A stretch of 63,328 nt of DNA, the filler included, from Deltaproteobacteria bacterium (GTDB taxonomy: Bacteria > JAEEML01), in NCBI GenBank assembly GCA_016283195.1. It is 7 parts of 7 records of this genome, joined end to end, with 100 filler letters (N's around TTAATTAATTAA, not from the genome) between each part and the next. Parts side by side here need not be neighbours in the genome. Positions count along the whole stretch, not along the records: positions 41,293 to 45,886 come from JAEEML010000179.1; positions 45,987 to 51,879 come from JAEEML010000181.1; positions 51,980 to 57,758 come from JAEEML010000183.1; 4 more parts are not named here. One strand, 5' to 3'. A model generated the notes under the pieces. The model was not told the origin of the DNA. It saw only the letters and a list, made by a program, of their open reading frames with translations, and did not search any database. A program made the translations under genes and the position numbers. This document shows, in pieces, positions 43,499 to 51,984 of this stretch (within the stretch, counting starts at the first letter, position 1; each line of letters opens with the position of its first letter).

Positions 43499-44041
43499 TT
43501 ACTCGGAAGCGGCATCGGAGTTATTGACCAGAGTGTATCCTTTGGGTGTCTCCGGCTTATAATCCTTGGGCGCGTAATAACAATATTGCTCACTATTATT
43601 GCTGTCTTTGGTGAAACAGATTAGTTTATCAGAGCTGGTTGGTTTATATTCGGAGCAGCTTATGTCGCCATGAATTGTTGGAACATAATAGGTCTCATCG
43701 GTGAAGCAAAACACAAAACCGGGTTCAGTATCAGGCTTGCTACATTCCCAACCTTTACCGCTGGGAGCATCCTTAGGTAAGTAATACATACGCTGACAGG
43801 CTTGATAGCCTGTATATTCACAAGAACCTGGTAATAGTCCATGCTTTTCCAGCTCTTTTTTACTATCTTCACTTTCACAGGAAATATCAATATAACAAGT
43901 ACCCTTTGAAAAGAGTTGGCAATCATTATCTTTAGAACAATTGCCAGCGCCGTTTCGGCAATATCCACCGGCATCACAGGCCGCCAGCATAAAAGCCGTG
44001 CCGGCCGCAAAAAGCGCACATACTTTGGTAATCTTCTTCAT
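43499..44041 (-). CDS. Cys-containing lipoprotein, function unknown
   Basis: GGAG RBS, lipobox LAAC. Confidence 0.75.
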   Translation of the reverse strand: MKKITKVCALFAAGTAFMLAACDAGGYCRNGAGNCSKDNDCQLFSKGTCYIDISCESEDSKKELEKHGLLPGSCEYTGYQACQRMYYLPKDAPSGKGWECSKPDTEPGFVFCFTDETYYVPTIHGDISCSEYKPTSSDKLICFTKDSNNSEQYCYYAPKDYKPETPKGYTLVNNSDAASE

Positions 44042-44163
44042 CTTTGTCTCCCCGCGCATTTAAGCGCATAAAGCACCAACATTGGTGCAAAATTTGCTTC
44101 TGTTTTTTTGTGTGATGATGCACAAAAATTAGCAAAATTATTGAAAAAATATAAAAATAATGC

Positions 44164-44192
44164 TTGACAAAAACTTGGATTTGTGTTAGAAT
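44164..44192 (+). promoter_or_regulatory. Sigma70-type promoter convergent to AAA/PD-(D/E)XK gene 2
   Basis: TTGACA-17nt-TAGAAT with extended -10 TG. Confidence 0.7.
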
Positions 44193-44195
44193 TGA

Positions 44196-44278
44196 ACTGA
44201 ACATACTATATGCCCTTACCAGCAAAAGTTGCAAGACAAGGTAGCATAATGGGACAAAGAGGGCAATAGGGCATTTTA
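44196..44278 (+). other. Conserved ~85-nt segment (candidate sRNA or micro-ORF), copy 2
   Basis: Close match to 41757-41839; ATGCCCT can pair with AGGGCAT, which is followed by TTT. Confidence 0.45.
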
Positions 44279-45886
44279 GCGGGTAACCCATTCCTTGATG
44301 GTGCGTTTTTCGTCATCAAAGCTCACGCCGATTTTGACTACATTTTTGTCCTCTCCACTATAATTGCTTGTAATTACGCTATGTTCCCCCTCGCCATTTG
44401 TAAAAATGGAGAGGGGGCTAGGGGGTGAGGGTAAATACGGTATCATGTAGCCCTTATCATCTATTTGTTTTAAAGCCACCTCTGCTGTGCCATGTAACTT
44501 AAACTCAAAAATATATATAGTATCTTCAGTTTCAATGAGCACATCGGATCTTCCAGCTGCTGTGCATTCTTCGGTACGCACCGAATATTCGGCAGTAAGC
44601 CTGAAGATGAGGTAAAAAATTGTTTTGTAATGGGCTTCATCCTGCTTTTCGGCATTATAGGGAATAGAACTGAAAAAAGAGCGTAAAATCTCCATGGCGC
44701 GGTTTACATCATGCTGCCGTAAAGCGCGTAGCATTGAACGCACGGTGGAATCATTTTCTGTTTTACTGGTGTGAGAATAATAGGGAGCTAAGCCTTTTAA
44801 AAAGCCGATGCGCACCTCCTCATTGGGAAAGCCTAGCGTATAATCACCATAAGCTACATCTTTAATAGTGAGATAGCCGCTCTGGTAGAGGACAGGAATA
44901 GGCGACTCAGCCTGCTCGGTAGGTACATCAAAATCACTTATGCCGGCGGAAAAGCCCTCTAACTCCTCTGGTTTTAAAGTATATTTGCTAAGCATTTCTG
45001 TAAGATAAGTTGGTGTGCCGGTGGAGAACCAGTAATAGCCTAGTTTCTTATCCTGTAAAGCATTTAAAAGGCTGAAGGGGTTATAAATATCCGGAGAGTT
45101 CTGGGAGAAGTGGTAGCCGTCATACATTTGTTTTAAAGAGATGGCTGCCTCTTTGGTACTCATATTATTTTTTTGGGCAAAAGCGCTTAGTTCCGGTGAA
45201 AGCTCAGTTAAAAGCTCTTCTTTAGTAATGCCGCAAAGGGCGGCATATTCATCTTTCAGGCTGATATTTTTGAGATTATTAAGCTCGCTAAAGATTGATA
45301 GCTGGCTGAATTTGGTGATGCCGGTTAAAAAGACAAATTTCAGTTTACTATCCTTGGCTTTAAGCGGGCTGTAAAAATCTCTCAGGCTGGTGCGCAGCGT
45401 TTTAAAGTTTTCGTTATCGGTTATGGTATCCAAAAGCGGTGCGTCGTATTCATCAATAAGCACAACAACTTGGCGGCCGGTTTGGGCATAGGCCGCATCA
45501 ATAAGGGCGCTTAGTCTGGTACCCCATGCGGTATTTTGGGGAGATTCTTTAATACCAAAAGAATCTTCATAAGCGGCGAGCAAATAGTTCATGGCATTAT
45601 TAAATTTATTTAAATCAGAGTACTTAGCGCAGGAAAGGTCGAATCTAAAAACCGGGTATTTTATCCACTCCTTCTCCAGTTTTTCTATGGCAAGCCCGCT
45701 AAAAAGCTCTTTTTGTCCGCTAAAATAGGCTTCCAAGGTAGAAATCAAAAGGCTTTTGCCAAAGCGGCGCGGGCGGGAGAGAAAATAGACCTTACCCTCG
45801 GTTACCAGCTGATAAATAAGGGCAGTTTTATCAACATAAATAGCGCCTCTATCGCGCATATCAGAGAAAGTTTGCATACCAATGGG
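44276..45886 (-). CDS. AAA-ATPase-like/PD-(D/E)XK protein, paralogue 2; first codons cut by contig end
   Basis: Same motifs as 41838-43385; carries an in-frame repeat insertion near the C-terminus. Confidence 0.92.
   Translation of the reverse strand, partial: PIGMQTFSDMRDRGAIYVDKTALIYQLVTEGKVYFLSRPRRFGKSLLISTLEAYFSGQKELFSGLAIEKLEKEWIKYPVFRFDLSCAKYSDLNKFNNAMNYLLAAYEDSFGIKESPQNTAWGTRLSALIDAAYAQTGRQVVVLIDEYDAPLLDTITDNENFKTLRTSLRDFYSPLKAKDSKLKFVFLTGITKFSQLSIFSELNNLKNISLKDEYAALCGITKEELLTELSPELSAFAQKNNMSTKEAAISLKQMYDGYHFSQNSPDIYNPFSLLNALQDKKLGYYWFSTGTPTYLTEMLSKYTLKPEELEGFSAGISDFDVPTEQAESPIPVLYQSGYLTIKDVAYGDYTLGFPNEEVRIGFLKGLAPYYSHTSKTENDSTVRSMLRALRQHDVNRAMEILRSFFSSIPYNAEKQDEAHYKTIFYLIFRLTAEYSVRTEECTAAGRSDVLIETEDTIYIFEFKLHGTAEVALKQIDDKGYMIPYLPSPPSPLSIFTNGEGEHSVITSNYSGEDKNVVKIGVSFDDEKRTIKEWVTR
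44349..44432. repeat. REP/MITE-like repeat, copy 3, inserted in frame in a CDS
   Basis: Central hairpin identical to copy 1; imperfect terminal inverted repeats CCTCTCCACTA / TAGGGGGTGAGG. Confidence 0.8.
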
Positions 45887-45986
45887 NNNNNNNNNNNNNN
45901 NNNNNNNNNNNNNNNNNNNNNNNNNNNNNNTTAATTAATTAANNNNNNNNNNNNNNNNNNNNNNNNNNNNNNNNNNNNNNNNNNNN

Positions 45987-46579
45987 AGCATATTGCTTTA
46001 GAAGAGATAAAATATATTTTTTTAACTCACGCTCACGATGACCACGCCGGTTTTCTGAATGAGGTGCTTTTTGCAACGGAAGCCAAAGTTATTCTGCACC
46101 CGGAGGCCATAAAGGGCCTCAAAAGGGGGCAAAACTCCTTTGCCGGCGGCTGTTCTTCATTTTTAGCCTTACTATTTTGCCATATTCTGGCTCTTCTCGG
46201 GCATGGTGACCACCGCTATCCTCCGCTTAAAGATGAATATCTGGAGCGCCTTATTCCTATTGATTCCGCGGCTTTTGAAGCGCTGAATTTTCCTTATGAG
46301 ATACTAAAAACACCAGGGCATACCAAAGACCATATTGCCCTTTTAGCCGGTGATGCCCTTTTTTGCGGGGATGCGGCCATGAATGGCTTTCCCAGTAGGC
46401 ATAAGACAATAATCTGGATTGAAGATCCGGAGCAATATAAACACTCTTGGGAAATAATCATTAAAAAAAATCCGGCCGTGATTTTCCCGGCTCACGGAAA
46501 ACCGTTTAAAACGGCCTATTTAATAAAATATTTGAAAACCTTGGATAAAATTAAGCTCTATCCTTTAAGGCAAAGATAG
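45987..46579 (+). CDS. MBL-fold metallo-hydrolase, 5' truncated
   Basis: LTHAHDDHAG read in frame at about 46023-46052; TPGHT, GD and PAHG motifs. Confidence 0.9.
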
Positions 46580-46580
46580 C

Positions 46581-46646
46581 GGCGGCGCTCTTTTGCCCAA
46601 AACCCCGGCGCGGAAAGGGTGAAAGTGTGCTATAATGCGCGGCGGA
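46581..46646 (+). repeat. Promoter-bearing intergenic repeat, copy A
   Basis: 33-bp core AAAGGGTGAAAGTGTGCTATAATGCGCGGCGGA at 46614-46646 is identical to copies B and C. Confidence 0.9.
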
Positions 46647-46731
46647 TCGGCTTGGCGGACTCTATTGGACACTAACTGAAATTTCTAAAAACACCATAAA
46701 AATTAATCTGTTATCGCCCTTCTTAAAATAC

Positions 46732-46772
46732 TGACTAAAAGTCATTGACTTCTAGTTCAATACTGCTATGTT
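46732..46772 (+). promoter_or_regulatory. Putative TetR operator and promoter
   Basis: Palindrome TGACT-AAA-AGTCA abuts a -35 TTGACT; TGcTATGTT -10-like element. Confidence 0.5.
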
Positions 46773-46790
46773 CTAGGGCGAGGTGGTAAG

Positions 46791-47393
46791 GTGACCAAAA
46801 GACAGGAACAAGCGCTTAAAACCAAAGAAAAGATTCTGAAAGAAGCGGCGAAGATGGTGGCGGAGAGCGGCCTCGCCAACTTTAATATCGATGTTTTGAC
46901 AGAACGCTGCGGAGTCGCCAAGGGCACTTTTTACACTTATTTCAAACACAAAGAAGACATTGTTTTTGAAATCTGCCGGGATCTTTTTGCGCAAATAGAA
47001 GAGCGTATGCAGCAGATGACCGGTAAAAATATTACTGAAAAACTCGCCTACTATTTTGATGAGTTCATGAAGGAAGTTGAAAGATATGGCGTCAACATAA
47101 CGAGAGCCTGGGTGAGGGGGGTGATTGATCCGCAAAACGCTCCTGAAAACTTTGACAACCAAAAATGGCAATACGATGTTGAAATGCTGGAAAATATTTT
47201 GAAAAACGCCATTAAAAACAATGAACTAAAGAAGGATACTCCGGTGGAATTACTCACGCATATCATTATTTCCCAGCTTTACGGCATGATGACAGTGTGG
47301 TGTATGTCCGACTGCGAGTTTGAACCAAGGGAATGGACCAAAAAATTCTGTGATATGCAGCTGAATGCAATACTAGAAAAATATTTAGCTTAA
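46791..47393 (+). CDS. TetR/AcrR family transcriptional regulator
   Basis: N-terminal HTH CGVAKGTFYTYFKHKED. Confidence 0.93.
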   Translation: MTKRQEQALKTKEKILKEAAKMVAESGLANFNIDVLTERCGVAKGTFYTYFKHKEDIVFEICRDLFAQIEERMQQMTGKNITEKLAYYFDEFMKEVERYGVNITRAWVRGVIDPQNAPENFDNQKWQYDVEMLENILKNAIKNNELKKDTPVELLTHIIISQLYGMMTVWCMSDCEFEPREWTKKFCDMQLNAILEKYLA

Positions 47394-47405
47394 AAGGAGG
47401 AAACA

Positions 47406-48569
47406 ATGCAAAACTTTGATTACCTGACCCCAACCCGCCTTATTTTCGGTAAAGGAGTTATTAAAAACCTGCCGGAAGTAATGGCCCCTTTAGGCCAGAA
47501 AATTTTGCTCACTTACGGTGGCGGCTCAATTAAAAAAATCGGCCTCTATGACAAGGTAAAGGAGCTTTTAAAAGACTTTGAAATTTATGAGCTCCCCGGC
47601 ATTCAGCCTAACCCCAAATATGACCCCAGCGTGCTGGATGGCGTAAAAATTTGCAAAGAAAAACAAATAGATGTCATTCTGGCTGTGGGCGGTGGCAGCG
47701 TGCTCGACTGCTCCAAAGCCATTGCCGCCGGGGCCAAATATGCCGGCGACCCCTGGGATTTAATCACTTACAAAGTAAAGGCTAAAGCGGCGCTTCCCAT
47801 TGTGGATGTGCTCACTTTGGCGGCCACCGGTAGCGAATATGATAGCGGCGGCGTTATCTCCCGCACCGAAACTAACGACAAAATCGGCTATATTGATCCT
47901 CTGCTTTACCCGGTTTGCTCACTTCTCGATCCCACTTATACTTTTACGGTATCCAAAAAGCAGACGGCGGCGGGCTGCGCCGATGCCATGAATCATATCA
48001 TCGAGCAATATTTTTGTGCCGATTCCACTTTGCTTAATGACGGCTTTATGGAAGCCGGCCTGAAGAGCCTGATGGTCAATGCCAGAAAATGTCTTGAAAA
48101 TCCCGAGGATTATACAGCCAGAGCAGAAATGATGCTCACCTGTACTTATGGCTGTAATCGCATTTATTCTCTGGGCAACAGCCCCTCCGGCTGGCCCTGC
48201 CACGGCATGGAACACGCTCTTTCGGCTTATTATGACATCACTCACGGCGAAGGGCTGGCCATCATCACCCCCCGCTGGATGAAGCACATTTTGAGCGAAA
48301 AAACGGTGGACCGCTTTGTAAAATACGGCGTAAATGTTTTTGGTATTGATCCCGCTTTGGATAAATTTGCCATTGCCGATAAGGCCATCGAAGCTACTTA
48401 TAAGTTCTTTGAATCCATCGGTATTCCCATGCATTTGCGCGAAGTTGGCATTGATGAAAGCCGCATTCATGAAATGGCCCATCATGTGGCGGCAAATGAG
48501 GGGCTGGATAAAGCCTGGGCGCCGCTTTTGGAAGAAGATATCGCGGCTATTTTTACCGCCTCACTGTAA
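47406..48569 (+). CDS. Iron-containing alcohol dehydrogenase (butanol dehydrogenase-like)
   Basis: YGGGSIK, AVGGGSVLDCSK, TLAATGSE, HGMEH, THGEGLA. Confidence 0.93.
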   Translation: MQNFDYLTPTRLIFGKGVIKNLPEVMAPLGQKILLTYGGGSIKKIGLYDKVKELLKDFEIYELPGIQPNPKYDPSVLDGVKICKEKQIDVILAVGGGSVLDCSKAIAAGAKYAGDPWDLITYKVKAKAALPIVDVLTLAATGSEYDSGGVISRTETNDKIGYIDPLLYPVCSLLDPTYTFTVSKKQTAAGCADAMNHIIEQYFCADSTLLNDGFMEAGLKSLMVNARKCLENPEDYTARAEMMLTCTYGCNRIYSLGNSPSGWPCHGMEHALSAYYDITHGEGLAIITPRWMKHILSEKTVDRFVKYGVNVFGIDPALDKFAIADKAIEATYKFFESIGIPMHLREVGIDESRIHEMAHHVAANEGLDKAWAPLLEEDIAAIFTASL

Positions 48570-48640
48570 AAAAGCTGTGTACCCAAAAAACGCTATCAAA
48601 TAGTAAAAAAAACTGCCGTTTTGGCATAAAGGAGTAAAAA

Positions 48641-49213
48641 ATGAAAAAATCGCTTGGTTCTCTGCCCGCATTATTTCCCATGCCGGTGCTTATGGTAGCC
48701 GCTTATGATGAAAATGGCAAAGTCAATGTGATGAATGCCGCCTGGGGCACCATTTGTGACATGGATAAGATTGCTCTCATTATTGACGATGCCCACAAAA
48801 CAACGCAGAATATCCGCAAAATCAAAGCTTTTACGGTGAGTTTGGCCGACAAAGAACATATTGCGGAAGCCGATTTCTTTGGTATTGCCAGCGGCAATAA
48901 AATGGCTGACAAATTTGAGCGCACCGGTATGCACGCCAGCAAAAGCGCTGTGGTTAACGCCCCCATTATTGATGAATTTCCTGTTGTCATGGAATGTGAA
49001 CTGGCCGAAATTGTCGAGACCGCCAACCTGTTTGCCGTGATTGGTAAAATTGTGAATGTCAGCGCGGATGAAAAAGTATTATCCGAAAATGGCAAAGTTG
49101 ATCCGCTTAAAATTAATGCCTTGATATTCGATCAGTTCCAACATGGTTATTATGTGGCGGGCAGCCAAGTCGGTCAGGCCTGGAATGCCGGTAAAGCCTT
49201 GATGCAAAAGTGA
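48641..49213 (+). CDS. Flavin reductase-like (flavoredoxin) protein
   Basis: FPMPV, NVMNAAWG, DFFGIASG, APIIDEFPVVMEC. Confidence 0.88.
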   Translation: MKKSLGSLPALFPMPVLMVAAYDENGKVNVMNAAWGTICDMDKIALIIDDAHKTTQNIRKIKAFTVSLADKEHIAEADFFGIASGNKMADKFERTGMHASKSAVVNAPIIDEFPVVMECELAEIVETANLFAVIGKIVNVSADEKVLSENGKVDPLKINALIFDQFQHGYYVAGSQVGQAWNAGKALMQK

Positions 49214-49494
49214 CGCCCAAAACCATTTGCCTTCACCCATTTAGCGGTGGGCTCCTGCCCGCAAAAAATTGAAAAATTTTTTCTGGCACTATCGTAATTT
49301 GATAGTGCAGCGCTTTATCATCTCCTTAAGCTAGCAGGGCCTATATTGCGCGGCGCTATTGGGCAGAATGTGAGGTTCCCCGCTAAGGCGCACCGAAAGC
49401 TGCGCTTTTAAAAACTCATAGCGCTGCCGCTTTTCCTCTTTGGCAAAATGTACCTCTCTCCCGTTAAGCCCGGCGTTGGGCAAATATGCTCCTC

Positions 49495-50835
49495 TTATAA
49501 ACACCACCCCATATATAGCGGCAAATGCCAAATGCCATCTTTTTCCATCAGATCCTTGGGATAGAGAATGTACGAGGTGCCGATTTTACCGGTAAACTTC
49601 TTTCTAAACTTATCCAGCGAAGCATGAGAGCGGTAATTCGCTGATTTTACTTCAATTGGCGCTATTTTTTTATTTTCTCTTATCAGAAAATCGATCTCCA
49701 GGTGATTTTCCCGCTGATTTACCGCCGATCGGGAATAAAAATAGAGGCGGTGGCCACTACGCCGTAACATTTGAGCCACAATATTCTCCATTAGCATACC
49801 CTCATTGATATCAAGCCGATCAAACAGCACGGCCTTATAAAGTTCATTATCGGTAAAGGTTTTGTCCATAAAAGTTTGGGTAACCAGCAAACCGGTATCG
49901 GCCAAATAGCATTTTTGTGTGGCATGGTCAGCACTTAAGGCTAATCCCACATTGGGGTCAGTAGCATTAAAACATGTATTTATTATCATGGCCTCAGAGA
50001 GCCAGATAAAAGAATCTTCATAGGAGCGGAATCTGGCGTTTTTATTAATATTTGCCAGAGTATAGCGCTTTTCTTTTTTGGAAAGTTGCCCGGGAATATC
50101 ATCAAAAACGGCATAAACCTTTTCTTCATAACCGGCGGCAAATTTAGAAATATCCTCACGATATAGCTGCAAAATCCTGCGCTTAACTTCATCAGCGGCG
50201 GCAAAATTTTTGCCATCAATATAAGCCAATACAGCTTGCGGCATACCGCCAACCAGCATATATTGCCGGAAATCATTCATAATTTTGCGGTGAAGTGCCG
50301 GCCCCAAGGCCATTTTACTTGCAAAACAGCGGCTAATAAGCGGCGCGGTGGCCTCATCACCCATAGCCCAGAGAAATTCTTCAAAATCCAGGGGATAAAG
50401 CTCAATATGCTCTTCTTCCGAAGGGATAATAATGTCCTTAGTATTCTTTTTTAAGCGGATAAGCGAACCGGTTTCCAAATAGTCATAGCGCCCATCGGCC
50501 ACAAGATACTTGATAAGCTGCCGCGCTTTGGGAAACTGTTGCACCTCGTCAAAGACGATTAATGTCTCTCGCCTATGCAAAAGTGTAGAATAAAAGGCGC
50601 TGAGTTTGGCAAAAAAGATATCTAGGTTACTGCTATCGCTCTTAAACAGGTTCAGAATATCTTGGGGGGCATTGCCAAAATCTATAATAATATGGCTCTT
50701 GTATTCCTGGGTGGCAAACAATTTAGCTATATAGCTCTTGCCCACCCGCCGGGCTCCATCAATAAGCAAAGCGCTCTTTCCCTGGCTCCGCTCTTTCCAA
50801 GCCAGAAGTTCTGCGTAAATTTTTCGTTTCAGCAT
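49495..50835 (-). CDS. AAA_14 ATPase with DUF4143-type C-terminal domain
   Basis: GARRVGKS, FDEVQ, PLDFEEF, GGMP, YLADTGLL, EIDF...PIEVKS. Confidence 0.92.
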   Translation of the reverse strand: MLKRKIYAELLAWKERSQGKSALLIDGARRVGKSYIAKLFATQEYKSHIIIDFGNAPQDILNLFKSDSSNLDIFFAKLSAFYSTLLHRRETLIVFDEVQQFPKARQLIKYLVADGRYDYLETGSLIRLKKNTKDIIIPSEEEHIELYPLDFEEFLWAMGDEATAPLISRCFASKMALGPALHRKIMNDFRQYMLVGGMPQAVLAYIDGKNFAAADEVKRRILQLYREDISKFAAGYEEKVYAVFDDIPGQLSKKEKRYTLANINKNARFRSYEDSFIWLSEAMIINTCFNATDPNVGLALSADHATQKCYLADTGLLVTQTFMDKTFTDNELYKAVLFDRLDINEGMLMENIVAQMLRRSGHRLYFYSRSAVNQRENHLEIDFLIRENKKIAPIEVKSANYRSHASLDKFRKKFTGKIGTSYILYPKDLMEKDGIWHLPLYMGWCL

Positions 50836-50902
50836 CTGGTATCATCTCCGGCTTTTTAGTGGCCTCTCGCCCGCTTCCAGCAAGAGTTATATAGCACAAT
50901 AA

Positions 50903-50981
50903 CACGAAACTGCAAGTTCAAAAGCCCGTATTTTGCACGAAACTGCAAGTTAAAAACCATGAATTTTGCACGAAACTGCAA
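50903..50981. repeat. Three direct repeats at 33-bp period upstream of the ATPase
   Basis: CACGAAACTGCAA at 50903, 50936 and 50969; copies 2 and 3 form TTGCA-N6-TGCAA. Confidence 0.92.
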
Positions 50982-51122
50982 TAAAAGGCCGGTAGCTCTT
51001 CCCGTAATTCGATAGCATTATGCTGAGTCCGCCGGTTTTAGCCTCCTTGTATAGCAAAACTGGCTCTCTTGGTGGCAGCTGCTTTGGCTACCTACGGCTT
51101 GGCTCCTAATATGCAAAAAACT

Positions 51123-51205
51123 GCAATTGTGCTGCGGCTCTTTAAGCTGCACAAAAACCCAGCGCGAAAAGGGTGAAAGTGTGCTATAATGCGCGGCGGA
51201 GGTGC
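51123..51205 (+). repeat. Promoter-bearing intergenic repeat, copy B
   Basis: 33-bp core at 51168-51200 running into GGAGGT, just before the antitoxin ATG at 51210. Confidence 0.9.
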
Positions 51206-51209
51206 AGAA

Positions 51210-51437
51210 ATGGTAGATACGACATTTAATGCCATGCTTAAGGAGGTGGATACGCTTTCTTACAACCAAGTTGTAACGCTTTTGGTGCGCTTAACACAGG
51301 CTTTACAATCGTGGACATCAAGCGAAGATAGTAATTCTCTGTTTTATTCGCCGAGCAATATGGCCCATTTGGAACGCGGCATAAAAGCCTTGCGTGAGGG
51401 AAAAGGTGTGGAGCACGAAATCATCGAGGTAGATTGA
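51210..51437 (+). CDS. Antitoxin with YefM-like C-terminus
   Basis: SPSNMAHLERGI motif; stop overlaps the toxin start (TGATG). Confidence 0.75.
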   Translation: MVDTTFNAMLKEVDTLSYNQVVTLLVRLTQALQSWTSSEDSNSLFYSPSNMAHLERGIKALREGKGVEHEIIEVD

Positions 51438-51697
51438 TGAAGAAAATCTGGTTCGATGAAGCTTGGGAAGATTATCTATATTGGCAATCACAAGATAAAA
51501 AGACATTAAAGCGCATAAATGCCCTGATAAAAGATATTGAGCGGAGCGGTTTTGACCAGGGAATCGGCAAACCGGAACCCTTAAAAGAAAACCTGAGTGG
51601 TTTCTGGAGCCGAAGAATTGATGATGTCAACCGCTTTGTTTACAAGGTTGAGGATGGCATTTTGCAGATAGTTTCCTGTAAAGGTCATTACAATTAG
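51437..51697 (+). CDS. yoeB: Txe/YoeB family toxin
   Basis: AWEDYLYWQ, GIGKPEPLK, WSRRID, CKGHY. Confidence 0.95.
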   Translation: MKKIWFDEAWEDYLYWQSQDKKTLKRINALIKDIERSGFDQGIGKPEPLKENLSGFWSRRIDDVNRFVYKVEDGILQIVSCKGHYN

Positions 51698-51749
51698 TCA
51701 TATGGCCGTCATGGCCGCCTCCGGTTTTGCCCATGATATACAAGAGAGC

Positions 51750-51832
51750 GCAATTTTGGCGGCGCTCTTTAAGCTGCCCAAAAACTCGGCGCGGAAAGGG
51801 TGAAAGTGTGCTATAATGCGCGGCGGAGGTGC
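51750..51832 (+). repeat. Promoter-bearing intergenic repeat, copy C
   Basis: 33-bp core at 51795-51827 followed by GGTGC as in copy B. Confidence 0.9.
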
Positions 51833-51984
51833 CTGCGCCTGAAAGCCGGCCGGCTCTAAAAGGTAAGCCAATTTAATATNNNNNNNNNNNNNNNNNNNNN
51901 NNNNNNNNNNNNNNNNNNNNNNNTTAATTAATTAANNNNNNNNNNNNNNNNNNNNNNNNNNNNNNNNNNNNNNNNNNNNGCTTT

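Noticed and set aside
49331-49531. Small ORF downstream of the DUF4143-type ATPase
   Set aside because: Overlaps the ATPase 3' end, has no convincing start and no recognisable motif
50903-50981. Possible mini-CRISPR array
   Set aside because: Repeats are only 13-22 bp, the unit is 33 bp, there are three copies and no cas genes; kept as an operator-like array instead
46581-51832. Classical integron attC array
   Set aside because: No RYYYAAC...GTTRRRY boxes bounding the repeats and no IntI gene; enclosed modules are multi-gene and of mixed orientation
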